64,000 nucleotides of DNA, taken from positions 17,013 through 81,012 of the forward strand of contig CALVJO010000002.1 in NCBI GenBank assembly GCA_944332225.1, given 5' to 3'. The DNA comes from an uncultured Bacilli bacterium. Lineage in GTDB: Bacteria; Bacillota_I; Bacilli_A; RFN20; CAG-449. The position numbers were made by a program, and so were the translations under genes. Below are positions 27,901-36,210 of this stretch, in pieces. The notes beneath the pieces are model-generated. The model searched no databases. It had not been told where the DNA came from and saw nothing but the letters and a program-made list of their open reading frames with translations. Numbering within the stretch: the stretch's first letter is position 1; every line of letters begins with the position of its first letter.

Positions 27901-27923
27901 GTCCGAGAAATCGGACTTTTTTA
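27901..27923 (+). terminator. Rho-independent terminator after tRNA-His
   Basis: GTCCGA gaaa TCGGAC followed by TTTTTT. Confidence 0.75.
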
Positions 27924-28022
27924 GTTATTAGATCTTTATAATTGTTATTAAAAAATATTTGTATGATAGAAATTTGATTCATCAATAATTATATATTCGC
28001 TTTTAAGTAATTACTCCAAGCA

Positions 28023-28306
28023 TACATTGAATCTATAACTGGTTTAAAATTCTTCCAAGAACAGTTAATGAATATTCAACTTTAGGAGGAACGAGAGGAT
28101 ATACTTAACGATGGCTGGAAAGAAGCTAAAAATCGATATATTTTTTGTTGAAAAAATAAAAATAAAAGGATTCTATTTTAGAATTAGGAGTTGGTTTTAA
28201 CGCACCTACAATTATTATGTTTCCTTTTATTCAAATGACTTATTATTTTGAAGATGTTTTCTATGTTTCAATCAATCAAAAACAAACTTATTTTCCTGAT
28301 AGATAA
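28023..28306 (+). pseudogene. Decayed 3' remnant of a SIR2-family (NAD-dependent deacetylase-like) gene
   Basis: One frame gives ...QLMNIQL*EEREDILNDGWKEAKNRYIF. The next gives KDSILELGVGFNAPTIIMFPFIQMTYYFEDVFYVSINQKQTYFPDR*. LELGVGFNTPgII.yPF.qm is, from memory, the conserved C-terminus of Firmicutes SIR2-like proteins. There is an in-frame stop plus a frameshift, and no N-terminal part. Confidence 0.45.
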
Positions 28307-28356
28307 AAGATAAATTTTTAATAATTCAAGATGATATAAAGAAAATAATTGAGCAA

Positions 28357-29631
28357 TTATGATTGATTAGGATTTCTTTTAATTGGAATCCATTTAGGCT
28401 TTGAAAAGACACCAAAAGTAATAGTTACGCAGTAAACTACCGTGAAGGCTGGAAATAATAATACCCCTTTAATTAAGTCTCTTCTTCGTTTGGCTCCCAT
28501 CTTTTTATAATCTAATAAGACTAAGATTAAACCTTGTAAAATTCCCATGAAGAAGAATAAGAAAAGTAATATTGATCCAATTAATATAAGCATGCTAATT
28601 AACGCGTCAATTTGACCAGTTAATCCTAAATGAAGAGCAGCATATATATAAAATAATGGTAAATAGATACATAGAATTGGACATAAAGGAATGAATGAGA
28701 AAGTTAAAATTTGTTCTAAAGAAGAAAGAGAACCTTTTCTAAATTTAAATAAATTAGCAAATAATTTTAAAGAATACTTTCTTAACAAAAGAATATTTCC
28801 TGAGCCAAGACGAAGATTACGCGCGTAAGTATCTTTAAATGTAGAAGGTAAATCTTCATAGACAACTGCATCTTCTACATAATGAGCTTTATATCCATCA
28901 AGTAATCTATTGAATGAAAATTCAGTGTCTTCGCAGATGGTTTCACAATCATAACCATATTTCTTAGCTATTTTTGAAGAGAACATCATTCCTGGACCGT
29001 TTAAATGCGCGCTTAAGTTGAGCCTTTCTCTAACTCTGCCTCCGAATCTTGAATTAAAAATATAATAAAGTCCGCAGGCTTGAGTGAAATTATTTTGAGT
29101 GATGTTTAAAGCTGATTCGTAAGGGCAAGCAAGTTCGATCCCAGTTGAGTAGCAATCATTCATCAAGGAAATAAAATCATCAGATATATGATTATCAGCA
29201 TCTAATCTAATAAAGAAATCATATTCAATATTAGTTTTTAAAATTTCATCAATTGCATATTTTAAAGCATAACAAACCATGTGATGCGATTTATCTGGAT
29301 CATTTAAAGTTAGAACTTTTGCTCCAGCTTTTGAAGCTAAAGTACCAGTGTTGTCAGTGCAGTTATGAGCTACTACATAGACGTCAAACTTATCTTTAGG
29401 ATAGTCTTGTTTATCAAATAGTGCTTTAACTGTATTATAGATAACATCTTCTTCGTTTCTAGCCGCGATTAATATAGCAACTTTATGCTTTACTTCGCTT
29501 TTTGGGTAAACTTTTTTCTTGACCCAAAATAATAGCATATATAATACTTGTAAAAAAAATGGTATTCCTATGATACAGAGAATAATGTTATTAATAATAG
29601 ATAAAACTTCATATAAAGTGTCGTACCACAT
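28357..29631 (-). CDS. Membrane-embedded family-2 glycosyltransferase (synthase-type), QxxRW motif degenerate
   Basis: 424 aa. The order is an N-terminal TM, then the GT2 core (AARNEEDVI, VVAHNCTDNT, RLDADN, CEDTEFS), then C-terminal TMs. RNLRL replaces Q-x-x-R-W. Confidence 0.75.
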   Translation of the reverse strand: MWYDTLYEVLSIINNIILCIIGIPFFLQVLYMLLFWVKKKVYPKSEVKHKVAILIAARNEEDVIYNTVKALFDKQDYPKDKFDVYVVAHNCTDNTGTLASKAGAKVLTLNDPDKSHHMVCYALKYAIDEILKTNIEYDFFIRLDADNHISDDFISLMNDCYSTGIELACPYESALNITQNNFTQACGLYYIFNSRFGGRVRERLNLSAHLNGPGMMFSSKIAKKYGYDCETICEDTEFSFNRLLDGYKAHYVEDAVVYEDLPSTFKDTYARNLRLGSGNILLLRKYSLKLFANLFKFRKGSLSSLEQILTFSFIPLCPILCIYLPLFYIYAALHLGLTGQIDALISMLILIGSILLFLFFFMGILQGLILVLLDYKKMGAKRRRDLIKGVLLFPAFTVVYCVTITFGVFSKPKWIPIKRNPNQS

Positions 29632-29777
29632 ACTTAAATAATTATATCATAAAATTGATTGATTTAAACATTAATATAACTATTGTCTCCCTTGCATTAA
29701 ATTGCTTGATGAAATAAACAAACATAAAATTTTCACATTATATTTTTGATACAAAATTTTTAAAATATAATGGTTGT

Positions 29778-30329
29778 ATGATAACTCGTTGCAAATGGTG
29801 TAATTTAAATAATCCAAGATATGTGAAATATCATGATGAAGAATTGGGAGTATTAAATGTAGATGATTCATATCTTTACGAGATGCTCATCTTAGAAATG
29901 TTCCAAACTGGATTATCTTTTGAATGCATCTTAAATAAAAGAGAAAATTTTAAAAAAGCATATTCAAATTTTAATATTGATGAAGTAATAAATTATACCG
30001 ATGAAGATATAAATAGATTATTAAATGATAAAGGAATCATAAGAAATAAACTTAAAATACTTGCCTCAATCAATAATTCAAAAATATTTAAAAGTATTAG
30101 AGATGAATATTCGAACTTCTATAATTATTTAAAAGTTTTTACCAAAGGAAAGATATATCAGGAAAACGATAAAACAAGATCAGAATTATCAGATGCAATC
30201 TCTAAAGATTTAAAGAAAAGAGGCATGAAATTTGTTGGAACTATCATTATTTACTCTTATTTACAGGCGATAGGGATAATAAATTCTCATGATGATGATT
30301 GCTTCTTTAATCCCTTAAATCATAAATAG
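29778..30329 (+). CDS. tag: DNA-3-methyladenine glycosylase I
   Basis: RCKWCNLNNPRYVKYHDEELGV, EMFQTGLSFECILNKRENFKKAY and LKKRGMKFVGTIIIYSYLQAIGIINSH are collinear with E. coli Tag. Confidence 0.9.
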   Translation: MITRCKWCNLNNPRYVKYHDEELGVLNVDDSYLYEMLILEMFQTGLSFECILNKRENFKKAYSNFNIDEVINYTDEDINRLLNDKGIIRNKLKILASINNSKIFKSIRDEYSNFYNYLKVFTKGKIYQENDKTRSELSDAISKDLKKRGMKFVGTIIIYSYLQAIGIINSHDDDCFFNPLNHK

Positions 30330-30370
30330 TTTCTTGATTAAAAATTAAAAATGTTTATGATTAATGAAGT

Positions 30371-30447
30371 GCCCCGATAGCGCAACTGGATAGAGCGTCA
30401 GACTTCGAATCTGAAGGCTACGGGTTCGACTCCTGTTCGGGGCGCCA
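30371..30447 (+). tRNA. tRNA-Arg (anticodon UCG), CCA encoded
   Basis: Acceptor is GCCCCGA/UCGGGGC. Anticodon stem is UCAGA/UCUGA with loop CUUCGAA. T arm is ACGGG-UUCGACU-CCUGU. There is one G12-A23 mismatch in the D stem. Confidence 0.85.
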
Positions 30448-30462
30448 TTAATTGGAAAAGTG

Positions 30463-30506
30463 GTCTGATACAAACTTAGAACTTCTAAGGGTGTGCAGAC
30501 TTTTTC
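30463..30506 (+). terminator. Probable terminator hairpin after tRNA-Arg
   Basis: GTCTG...CAGAC outer stem with an inner CTTAGAA c TTCTAAG stem, then TTTTT. Confidence 0.55.
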
Positions 30507-30680
30507 TTATTACTTTTTATAATATAGCTTAATAAACTTTTCTAATAAAAATGAGAATTTATAAATATCTAAATTAATAATATTTTAATGATAGAAAATA
30601 ATTAATTTTTATCTTAAGATTTAATTAAAGGAGCAATATTTAGTATTTTTCAAAAATTATTAAATTGATAATGAGATAAT

Positions 30681-31292
30681 ATGAAACTAAATTTTAAAGA
30701 ATTTTATTGGATTAGGGAACCCAAGCAATGGAAAGTTTCTTTAGATCAAACTTTACAAATAATAACCGAACCCCATACAGATTTATGGCAAAGAACTTAT
30801 TATCATTTTAGAAATGATAACGCGCCATGCTACGTGATTGATATAGATGAAAAATATTTTTCCTTTACAGTCAAAGTTGATTTTAAAGAAGCTCATCATA
30901 GATTTGATCAAGCTGGAATAATAATTTATCTTACAAGCGAATCATGGCTAAAAGCCTCAGTTGAATATCAAGATGAAAGCTTCAATCAGCTTGGAACAGT
31001 AGTTACAAATCAAGGATATTCTGATTGGTCTACCACGAAAATAGATTCTAAAATAAGAGAGATATGGTATCGACTAAGCAGAAGAGACGATGATTTTAGA
31101 ATTGAATGTTCCTTTGATGGAATCAATTTTGAGCAGATGAGAATAACTCACCTTATCAATTGTAAAGATACAATTAGAACAGGAATCTATGCTTGCTCCC
31201 CTGAAGATTCATCTTTTAAAGCTGTTTTCAGCAATATGAAGATTGAAGAATGTAAATGGGATAAGCATGATGGTCAGCAACCAGATAAATAA
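30681..31292 (+). CDS. DUF1349 family protein (concanavalin-like lectin/glucanase fold)
   Basis: FYWIREPKQW...TDLWQRTYYHFRNDNAP...HRFDQAGIIIY...WLKASVEY follows the DUF1349 pattern from memory. Confidence 0.6.
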   Translation: MKLNFKEFYWIREPKQWKVSLDQTLQIITEPHTDLWQRTYYHFRNDNAPCYVIDIDEKYFSFTVKVDFKEAHHRFDQAGIIIYLTSESWLKASVEYQDESFNQLGTVVTNQGYSDWSTTKIDSKIREIWYRLSRRDDDFRIECSFDGINFEQMRITHLINCKDTIRTGIYACSPEDSSFKAVFSNMKIEECKWDKHDGQQPDK

Positions 31293-31315
31293 ATATTATT
31301 AGAAAAGAGGAAATC

Positions 31316-32683
31316 ATGGAAGAAACTAATAAGCTAGGAATACGTAAATGGATTATATTCATTTTAGTCGGTTTAATTGGCCAATTTGCCTGGTCAATTG
31401 AAAACATGTATTTAAATTCTTACATCACTTATTTAAACTTTACTGATACGACAGGTAATGGTTTTAACTATTCTACATTAATAGCTATTACCACCGCTTT
31501 AAGCGCACTTGTGGCTACCTTAACTACTATATTCATGGGCTCTTTAACTGATAAGGTAAATAAAAGAAAAATATTTATCTCCGCGGGATACATAATTTGG
31601 GGAGTTTCAACTGCTTCATTTGGCTTTTTAAACGTTAACTCTTCTTCTTCAGTTTTAGTGATTCCAATGACCGCGTACACCGCGGCAATCATGGTTATCG
31701 TTATAGATTGTATCATGACGTTTTTTGGATCAACTGCTAATGACGCGGCTTTTAATTCGTATGTGACAAGAAACACTACTTCTAAAGACAGGGGTAAAGT
31801 TGAAGGTGTTCTCTCAATTTTACCTTTAATTGCAATGCTTATTATCTTTGTTGGATTAAATGGATTAACTACTAAAGCAAATGGGTATCGATGGGATTTA
31901 TTTTTCTATATAGTTGGAGCCTTAGTTATAGTCGTCGGTTTAATATCAATATTTTTAATACCTAAAGAAGATGATAAAAAAATTAAACAAGAATCTTATG
32001 GATCGATTTTGTTAGAAGGATTTAAAGTAAAAACCGTAAAAGCAAATAAACTTCTCTATTTAACACTTGTTGCCTATTTTATCTACGGCGTAGCTATCCA
32101 AGTCTACTTTCCATATTTAATGGTATATGTAGAATATACTTGTAATATTTCAAATTCTGGAGATGGAGGATTCTTAACTCCTTTTGCTATCGTAATGGCA
32201 ATTGCTTTATTAGTTGGATCTCTTCTTTCGGTAATAATTGGTATCATCTCAGATAAAATCAAAAAAGAAAATATGATGATTCCTGTAGTTATCATTTTAA
32301 TGGTAGGATTGGTATTAATGTTCTTTGCTCCAAAAATTGAAGACGATACTTTAAGAATCGTCTATACCTCAATCGCAGGATTAGTGATGATTTTAGGATA
32401 CGTATCTATTCCAACTATCTTTAATAGCATAGTAAGAGACAATATTCCTAAGAGCAAAGAAGGCGCGTTCATGGGAGTTAGAATGTTATTTGTCGTAGCT
32501 TTACCGATGTGTATTGGTCCTTTCATCGGGGACAGTTTAAACGCGAATTTTGGTTCAACTTATCTTTCTGAATATAATGTTGAATCAGTAGTCCCAAGCG
32601 AATATGGTTATTTGATGGCTTTAGGGATTTTACTGTTAACTTTCATTCCAATCTTCTTCATTTTAAAAGAGATGAAGAAGTAA
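31316..32683 (+). CDS. MFS-type transporter
   Basis: 455 aa with about 12 TM segments. LTDKVNKRKIF is an MFS loop 2-3-like motif. Co-directional with the DUF1349 gene across a 23-nt gap. Confidence 0.7.
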   Translation: MEETNKLGIRKWIIFILVGLIGQFAWSIENMYLNSYITYLNFTDTTGNGFNYSTLIAITTALSALVATLTTIFMGSLTDKVNKRKIFISAGYIIWGVSTASFGFLNVNSSSSVLVIPMTAYTAAIMVIVIDCIMTFFGSTANDAAFNSYVTRNTTSKDRGKVEGVLSILPLIAMLIIFVGLNGLTTKANGYRWDLFFYIVGALVIVVGLISIFLIPKEDDKKIKQESYGSILLEGFKVKTVKANKLLYLTLVAYFIYGVAIQVYFPYLMVYVEYTCNISNSGDGGFLTPFAIVMAIALLVGSLLSVIIGIISDKIKKENMMIPVVIILMVGLVLMFFAPKIEDDTLRIVYTSIAGLVMILGYVSIPTIFNSIVRDNIPKSKEGAFMGVRMLFVVALPMCIGPFIGDSLNANFGSTYLSEYNVESVVPSEYGYLMALGILLLTFIPIFFILKEMKK

Positions 32684-32708
32684 AAAAATGATGAAGGTAA
32701 AGAGAAAC

Positions 32709-33866
32709 TTAATAATCAATCTTTAAATGATTAACAAAATAATAAGCTGAAGCAAAAGCAAAGAAGATATTATATCCACCTTCTAAACCATCTACATCCA
32801 TTAATTCACCTAAGGTGTAAATTTTAGGATGATTAATTAAAGATAAATTAGCTAAGTTAATAGATTCTAAAGAGATGCCACCTCGAGTTACTTGACTATC
32901 TTTTAATGGATAATGTTTTAAATAGGTAAAACGTCTTTTTTTAAGAGTTTTATATAAGCTTTGAACATTAGATTCGGAAACTGAAATTAAATATTTTTTA
33001 TAATCGTCATTAACTAAGGTTTGAAGACATTCTTCTTTATCAGATAAATATCTATCTTTAAATGTTTGATAATCGACATCGTTAGAACAGTCTAAATCGA
33101 TATAGTATGGATTTTTCGAACTTTGATCGATAATAGATGAGATATTAAATATGCAAATTCCTGATAATCCATCCTTTTTAAAGATAACTTCCCCTTTTTC
33201 TTCGTAGATTTGTTGATCATTATGAATTAAAGAAACAACGGCTTTAACTCTTTTACCTTGTAAATAAGGAGGAATTTTTTCTTTAGTTATTAATGGAGAT
33301 AATGAAGGTGATGGTTCATTAGTTTTAATATTTAAATCATTTAATAATAAATAGTTATCTTTACTATAAAACTGAGATTGTCCACCTAAAGCTAACACTA
33401 AAATATCAGTTTGATAAGTTCTATGATCAGATTTTAATAAAATTGAACCATTGATATTATTAGAAGAAGAATCATCAACTGAGATAATAAAATCATTAAT
33501 TACCTTGATAGATAAAGATTCTAGGCGTTTCAGAAGTAATCCCTGGAGAGATTTTCCAGATTCAGAAAGAGGATAATATCTTCCGTAGTTATCAATAAAA
33601 TAATAGATGCCAAGAGAAGAATAAATATCATCCTTACATAGATTGAATTGGTCAATTATATGTTTCACCTGATTCCCATTATGGAAAAATGATGAAGAGA
33701 TATCGTTATTAGAAAAGTTGCATCTACCGTTTCCTGCGACTTTAAACCGTTTTCCAAGGGTCTCATCTTTTTCAATGATGGTGACGTCAATAGAAGGATA
33801 TTTTTCTTTTAAGAGAATTGATGCGATAAGTGAGGAGACACCTCCTCCAACAAAAGTGATATTCAT
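32709..33866 (-). CDS. HI0933/BaiN-like NAD(P)/FAD-dependent oxidoreductase
   Basis: N-terminal dinucleotide fold ITFVGGGVSSLIASILL, GNGRCNFSN, and C-terminal TRGGISL...GELMDVDGLEGGYN. Confidence 0.75.
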   Translation of the reverse strand: MNITFVGGGVSSLIASILLKEKYPSIDVTIIEKDETLGKRFKVAGNGRCNFSNNDISSSFFHNGNQVKHIIDQFNLCKDDIYSSLGIYYFIDNYGRYYPLSESGKSLQGLLLKRLESLSIKVINDFIISVDDSSSNNINGSILLKSDHRTYQTDILVLALGGQSQFYSKDNYLLLNDLNIKTNEPSPSLSPLITKEKIPPYLQGKRVKAVVSLIHNDQQIYEEKGEVIFKKDGLSGICIFNISSIIDQSSKNPYYIDLDCSNDVDYQTFKDRYLSDKEECLQTLVNDDYKKYLISVSESNVQSLYKTLKKRRFTYLKHYPLKDSQVTRGGISLESINLANLSLINHPKIYTLGELMDVDGLEGGYNIFFAFASAYYFVNHLKIDY

Positions 33867-33929
33867 AATTAAATATTACTTTATTTAAAAAAATATTTAA
33901 TAAATAAAATCAATTTATATAATTTAAAT

Positions 33930-34460
33930 ATGTTAATTTTGATTGGACCATCCGCGTCAGGAAAAACTGAAGTAGCAAAATTATTGATGAAAAATTACCA
34001 TCTAGAAAAGCTAATCACCTGCACGACGAGAGAAAAAAGATTAAATGAGATAGATGGAAAAGATTATTATTTTCTATCTAAAGAAGATTTTGTTATGCAT
34101 ATTGAGCAAAATGATTTTGCTGAATACGTAATTTATAACAATAATTACTATGGAACTTTAAAGAAAGAAATTAAAGATAATAAATGCGTGATATTAGAAC
34201 CTGAAGGAGCTAAAAATATTCTAAAGATTGATCCTAAAGCTTTTATAGTCGCCTTTATCGATCGTGATGAAATTAGAAAAAATAGAATGATTGCAAGAGG
34301 AGATAATCTTCTCGATATTGAAAAAAGAATATCTTTAGATAAAGAAAAGTTCTCGATTCGAGAACTTAGCTTTGCAAATGTGTTTATTGGTTCAAGTAAT
34401 TTTACTCTTGAAGAGATGACATCGATCATCTTTCAAGACTATCAAGATTTCTTAAAATAG
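33930..34460 (+). CDS. Guanylate kinase-like protein (short paralogue type)
   Basis: P-loop GPSASGKT and TCTTREKRLNEIDGKDYYFLSKEDF. 176 aa. Confidence 0.7.
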   Translation: MLILIGPSASGKTEVAKLLMKNYHLEKLITCTTREKRLNEIDGKDYYFLSKEDFVMHIEQNDFAEYVIYNNNYYGTLKKEIKDNKCVILEPEGAKNILKIDPKAFIVAFIDRDEIRKNRMIARGDNLLDIEKRISLDKEKFSIRELSFANVFIGSSNFTLEEMTSIIFQDYQDFLK

Positions 34461-35411
34461 TTTATTTAATTCTTCGATTAAGGATGGTAATTCATCTAAA
34501 GAGGATAACTTAGCCCCAGATGCCTGCGCGTGACCTCCACCTCTAAACATCTCAGCAACCTTATTAATCGCTTTTTCTTTAGAACGAAGAGAGACTCTAA
34601 ACTCTCCTTTTTCTTTGTCTTCAGAGATTGCAACCCAGCAGTTGATACCTTTAATATTAGAGAACATTGACATATAGTTTTTGCCTTGCTCGGTACGAAG
34701 GTTCAACTCCTTTAAATCTTGATCTTTCAATACGTAATAAGCAACGCCTTTATCTGTCAAGACGTAGTGATTTAAAAGATATTGTTGAATTTCTAAATCA
34801 TGGAAATCTTTTTCATACATTGGTAGATAGACATCTTTATTGATGTTGATTCCAGTCTTTAGACAAAGTTCAGCCATTTCAAAGGTATGAATGCTGACTG
34901 ATGAGAATAAAAATCTTCCTGAGTCTCCGACAATTCCAGAATAAAAATATTTTGCAGCGAGAGGAGAAAGAGGATATTTTTTAATAAAGCAAGAAATAAA
35001 GTCAAGAACTAATTCGCTGCAAGAAGCAAGCGAATCATCGACTAATTCGATGTGTCCGATTGTTTCAACCTTTGGATGGTGGTCAAAACGGACGATTGAT
35101 TTAGCGTTCTTAAAGCTTTGATTATCGATTCTTTCGCTGTTTCCAGTATCTAAGATAATAGCTAAGAAATCTTGATTATCTAATGATACTTCATCAATAT
35201 GAGGATAGAGTCTAGGTGTAAAATCTATAAAATCTTTTCCTAATGGATAGATTTTTTTATTAGGGAAAGAATCTTTTAACCAGGTAACTAAACCATTTTG
35301 AGTTCCTGAAGCATCGAAGTCAGGTGAGGTGTGACGATAGACAGCTATCGTATCATATTTAATGATTTCATTAAGAATTGATTTATATATTTTTTTGTAT
35401 TGTTTAATCAT
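34452..35411 (-). CDS. nrnA: DHH/DHHA1 phosphoesterase, NrnA-like (oligoribonuclease / pAp phosphatase)
   Basis: Start moved to the ATG at 35411, behind AGGAGG. Motifs are HTSPDFDASGT, DTGN, DHH (FDHHP) and GGGHAQASGA (DHHA1). Confidence 0.85.
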   Translation of the reverse strand: MIKQYKKIYKSILNEIIKYDTIAVYRHTSPDFDASGTQNGLVTWLKDSFPNKKIYPLGKDFIDFTPRLYPHIDEVSLDNQDFLAIILDTGNSERIDNQSFKNAKSIVRFDHHPKVETIGHIELVDDSLASCSELVLDFISCFIKKYPLSPLAAKYFYSGIVGDSGRFLFSSVSIHTFEMAELCLKTGININKDVYLPMYEKDFHDLEIQQYLLNHYVLTDKGVAYYVLKDQDLKELNLRTEQGKNYMSMFSNIKGINCWVAISEDKEKGEFRVSLRSKEKAINKVAEMFRGGGHAQASGAKLSSLDELPSLIEELNKLF

Positions 35412-35424
35412 GTGACCTCCTTTA

Positions 35425-36204
35425 TTACTGTTCAAAATAAGTATTTTTGATTTTAAGAACATTTTCAACTGAAGAAAATATTTCTTGAATTTTAGCTATG
35501 TAATTTGACTTTGAAACCTTGATAACCTTAGAAAACGTTGAATCTAGAGAAATAGTAACGATTCCATTAGAAGAAAAATCTAAATATGATAGACAATCTT
35601 CCTTAGAGAAGATGAATCCAAAATCAAAGTTTAAATAATATGGATCAAAATAATCTTTCTTATAAATTAACTTAACTTCTTTCTTTAAATAGATAGAATA
35701 TTTTTTCTTTTCTTTGCTTCTTACAAAGACATTCACTTTAAAATAATTAGCTAGGTTATTTATGATATCAAATTCCTTTGAGGTTAGATTTTCTCGATAA
35801 GTAAAATCGATGATAAGCGATTTTTCGCAGTAGACTATATCTTTTTTATTGAATCTTACAATATCGTTAACGTATGATTCATCAATCTTTTGAACTAAGA
35901 AATGCTTTCTTAGAAAATCTAATTCATTATCAACATAAAATATCTTTTCAACGTTATAGCAAGAAATAAAATAAGCAATTTCATCGATATGATGCTTGAT
36001 ATACTTTTTATCTATCTCGCTGACGTAGCCAAGAGAGACTATTGATTTTGAACCTTGATAATGCTTAGAGACTCTACCGTATTTTTTATTGGTTACCACG
36101 AGATAAGATATATCTTCATTCAAGGTCGAAAGATAACGAAAAAGTAATTCTCGCTTATATGAAAATACATTCAAATCAGAAAATATTGCGATGATATCGT
36201 TCAT
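35425..36204 (-). CDS. Hypothetical cytoplasmic protein, operonic with the GT2 synthase
   Basis: 259 aa with no TM helix and no recognised motif. It starts 6 nt downstream of the GT2 gene. Confidence 0.5.
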   Translation of the reverse strand: MNDIIAIFSDLNVFSYKRELLFRYLSTLNEDISYLVVTNKKYGRVSKHYQGSKSIVSLGYVSEIDKKYIKHHIDEIAYFISCYNVEKIFYVDNELDFLRKHFLVQKIDESYVNDIVRFNKKDIVYCEKSLIIDFTYRENLTSKEFDIINNLANYFKVNVFVRSKEKKKYSIYLKKEVKLIYKKDYFDPYYLNFDFGFIFSKEDCLSYLDFSSNGIVTISLDSTFSKVIKVSKSNYIAKIQEIFSSVENVLKIKNTYFEQ

Positions 36205-36210
36205 GATAAA

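Noticed and set aside
29552-29559. A8/T8 homopolymer near the 5' end of the GT2 gene, considered as a slipped-strand phase-variation switch
   Set aside because: Homopolymers of 7-8 nt are common throughout this A+T-rich window, for example near 13763, 15551 and 37622. Nothing singles this one out without population data.
30371-30447. tRNA-Arg(UCG), considered as a pseudogene because of a G12-A23 D-stem mismatch
   Set aside because: All other stems, the T-loop, the discriminator and the CCA are intact. The gene also has its own terminator, and a single D-stem mismatch is tolerated in many tRNAs.
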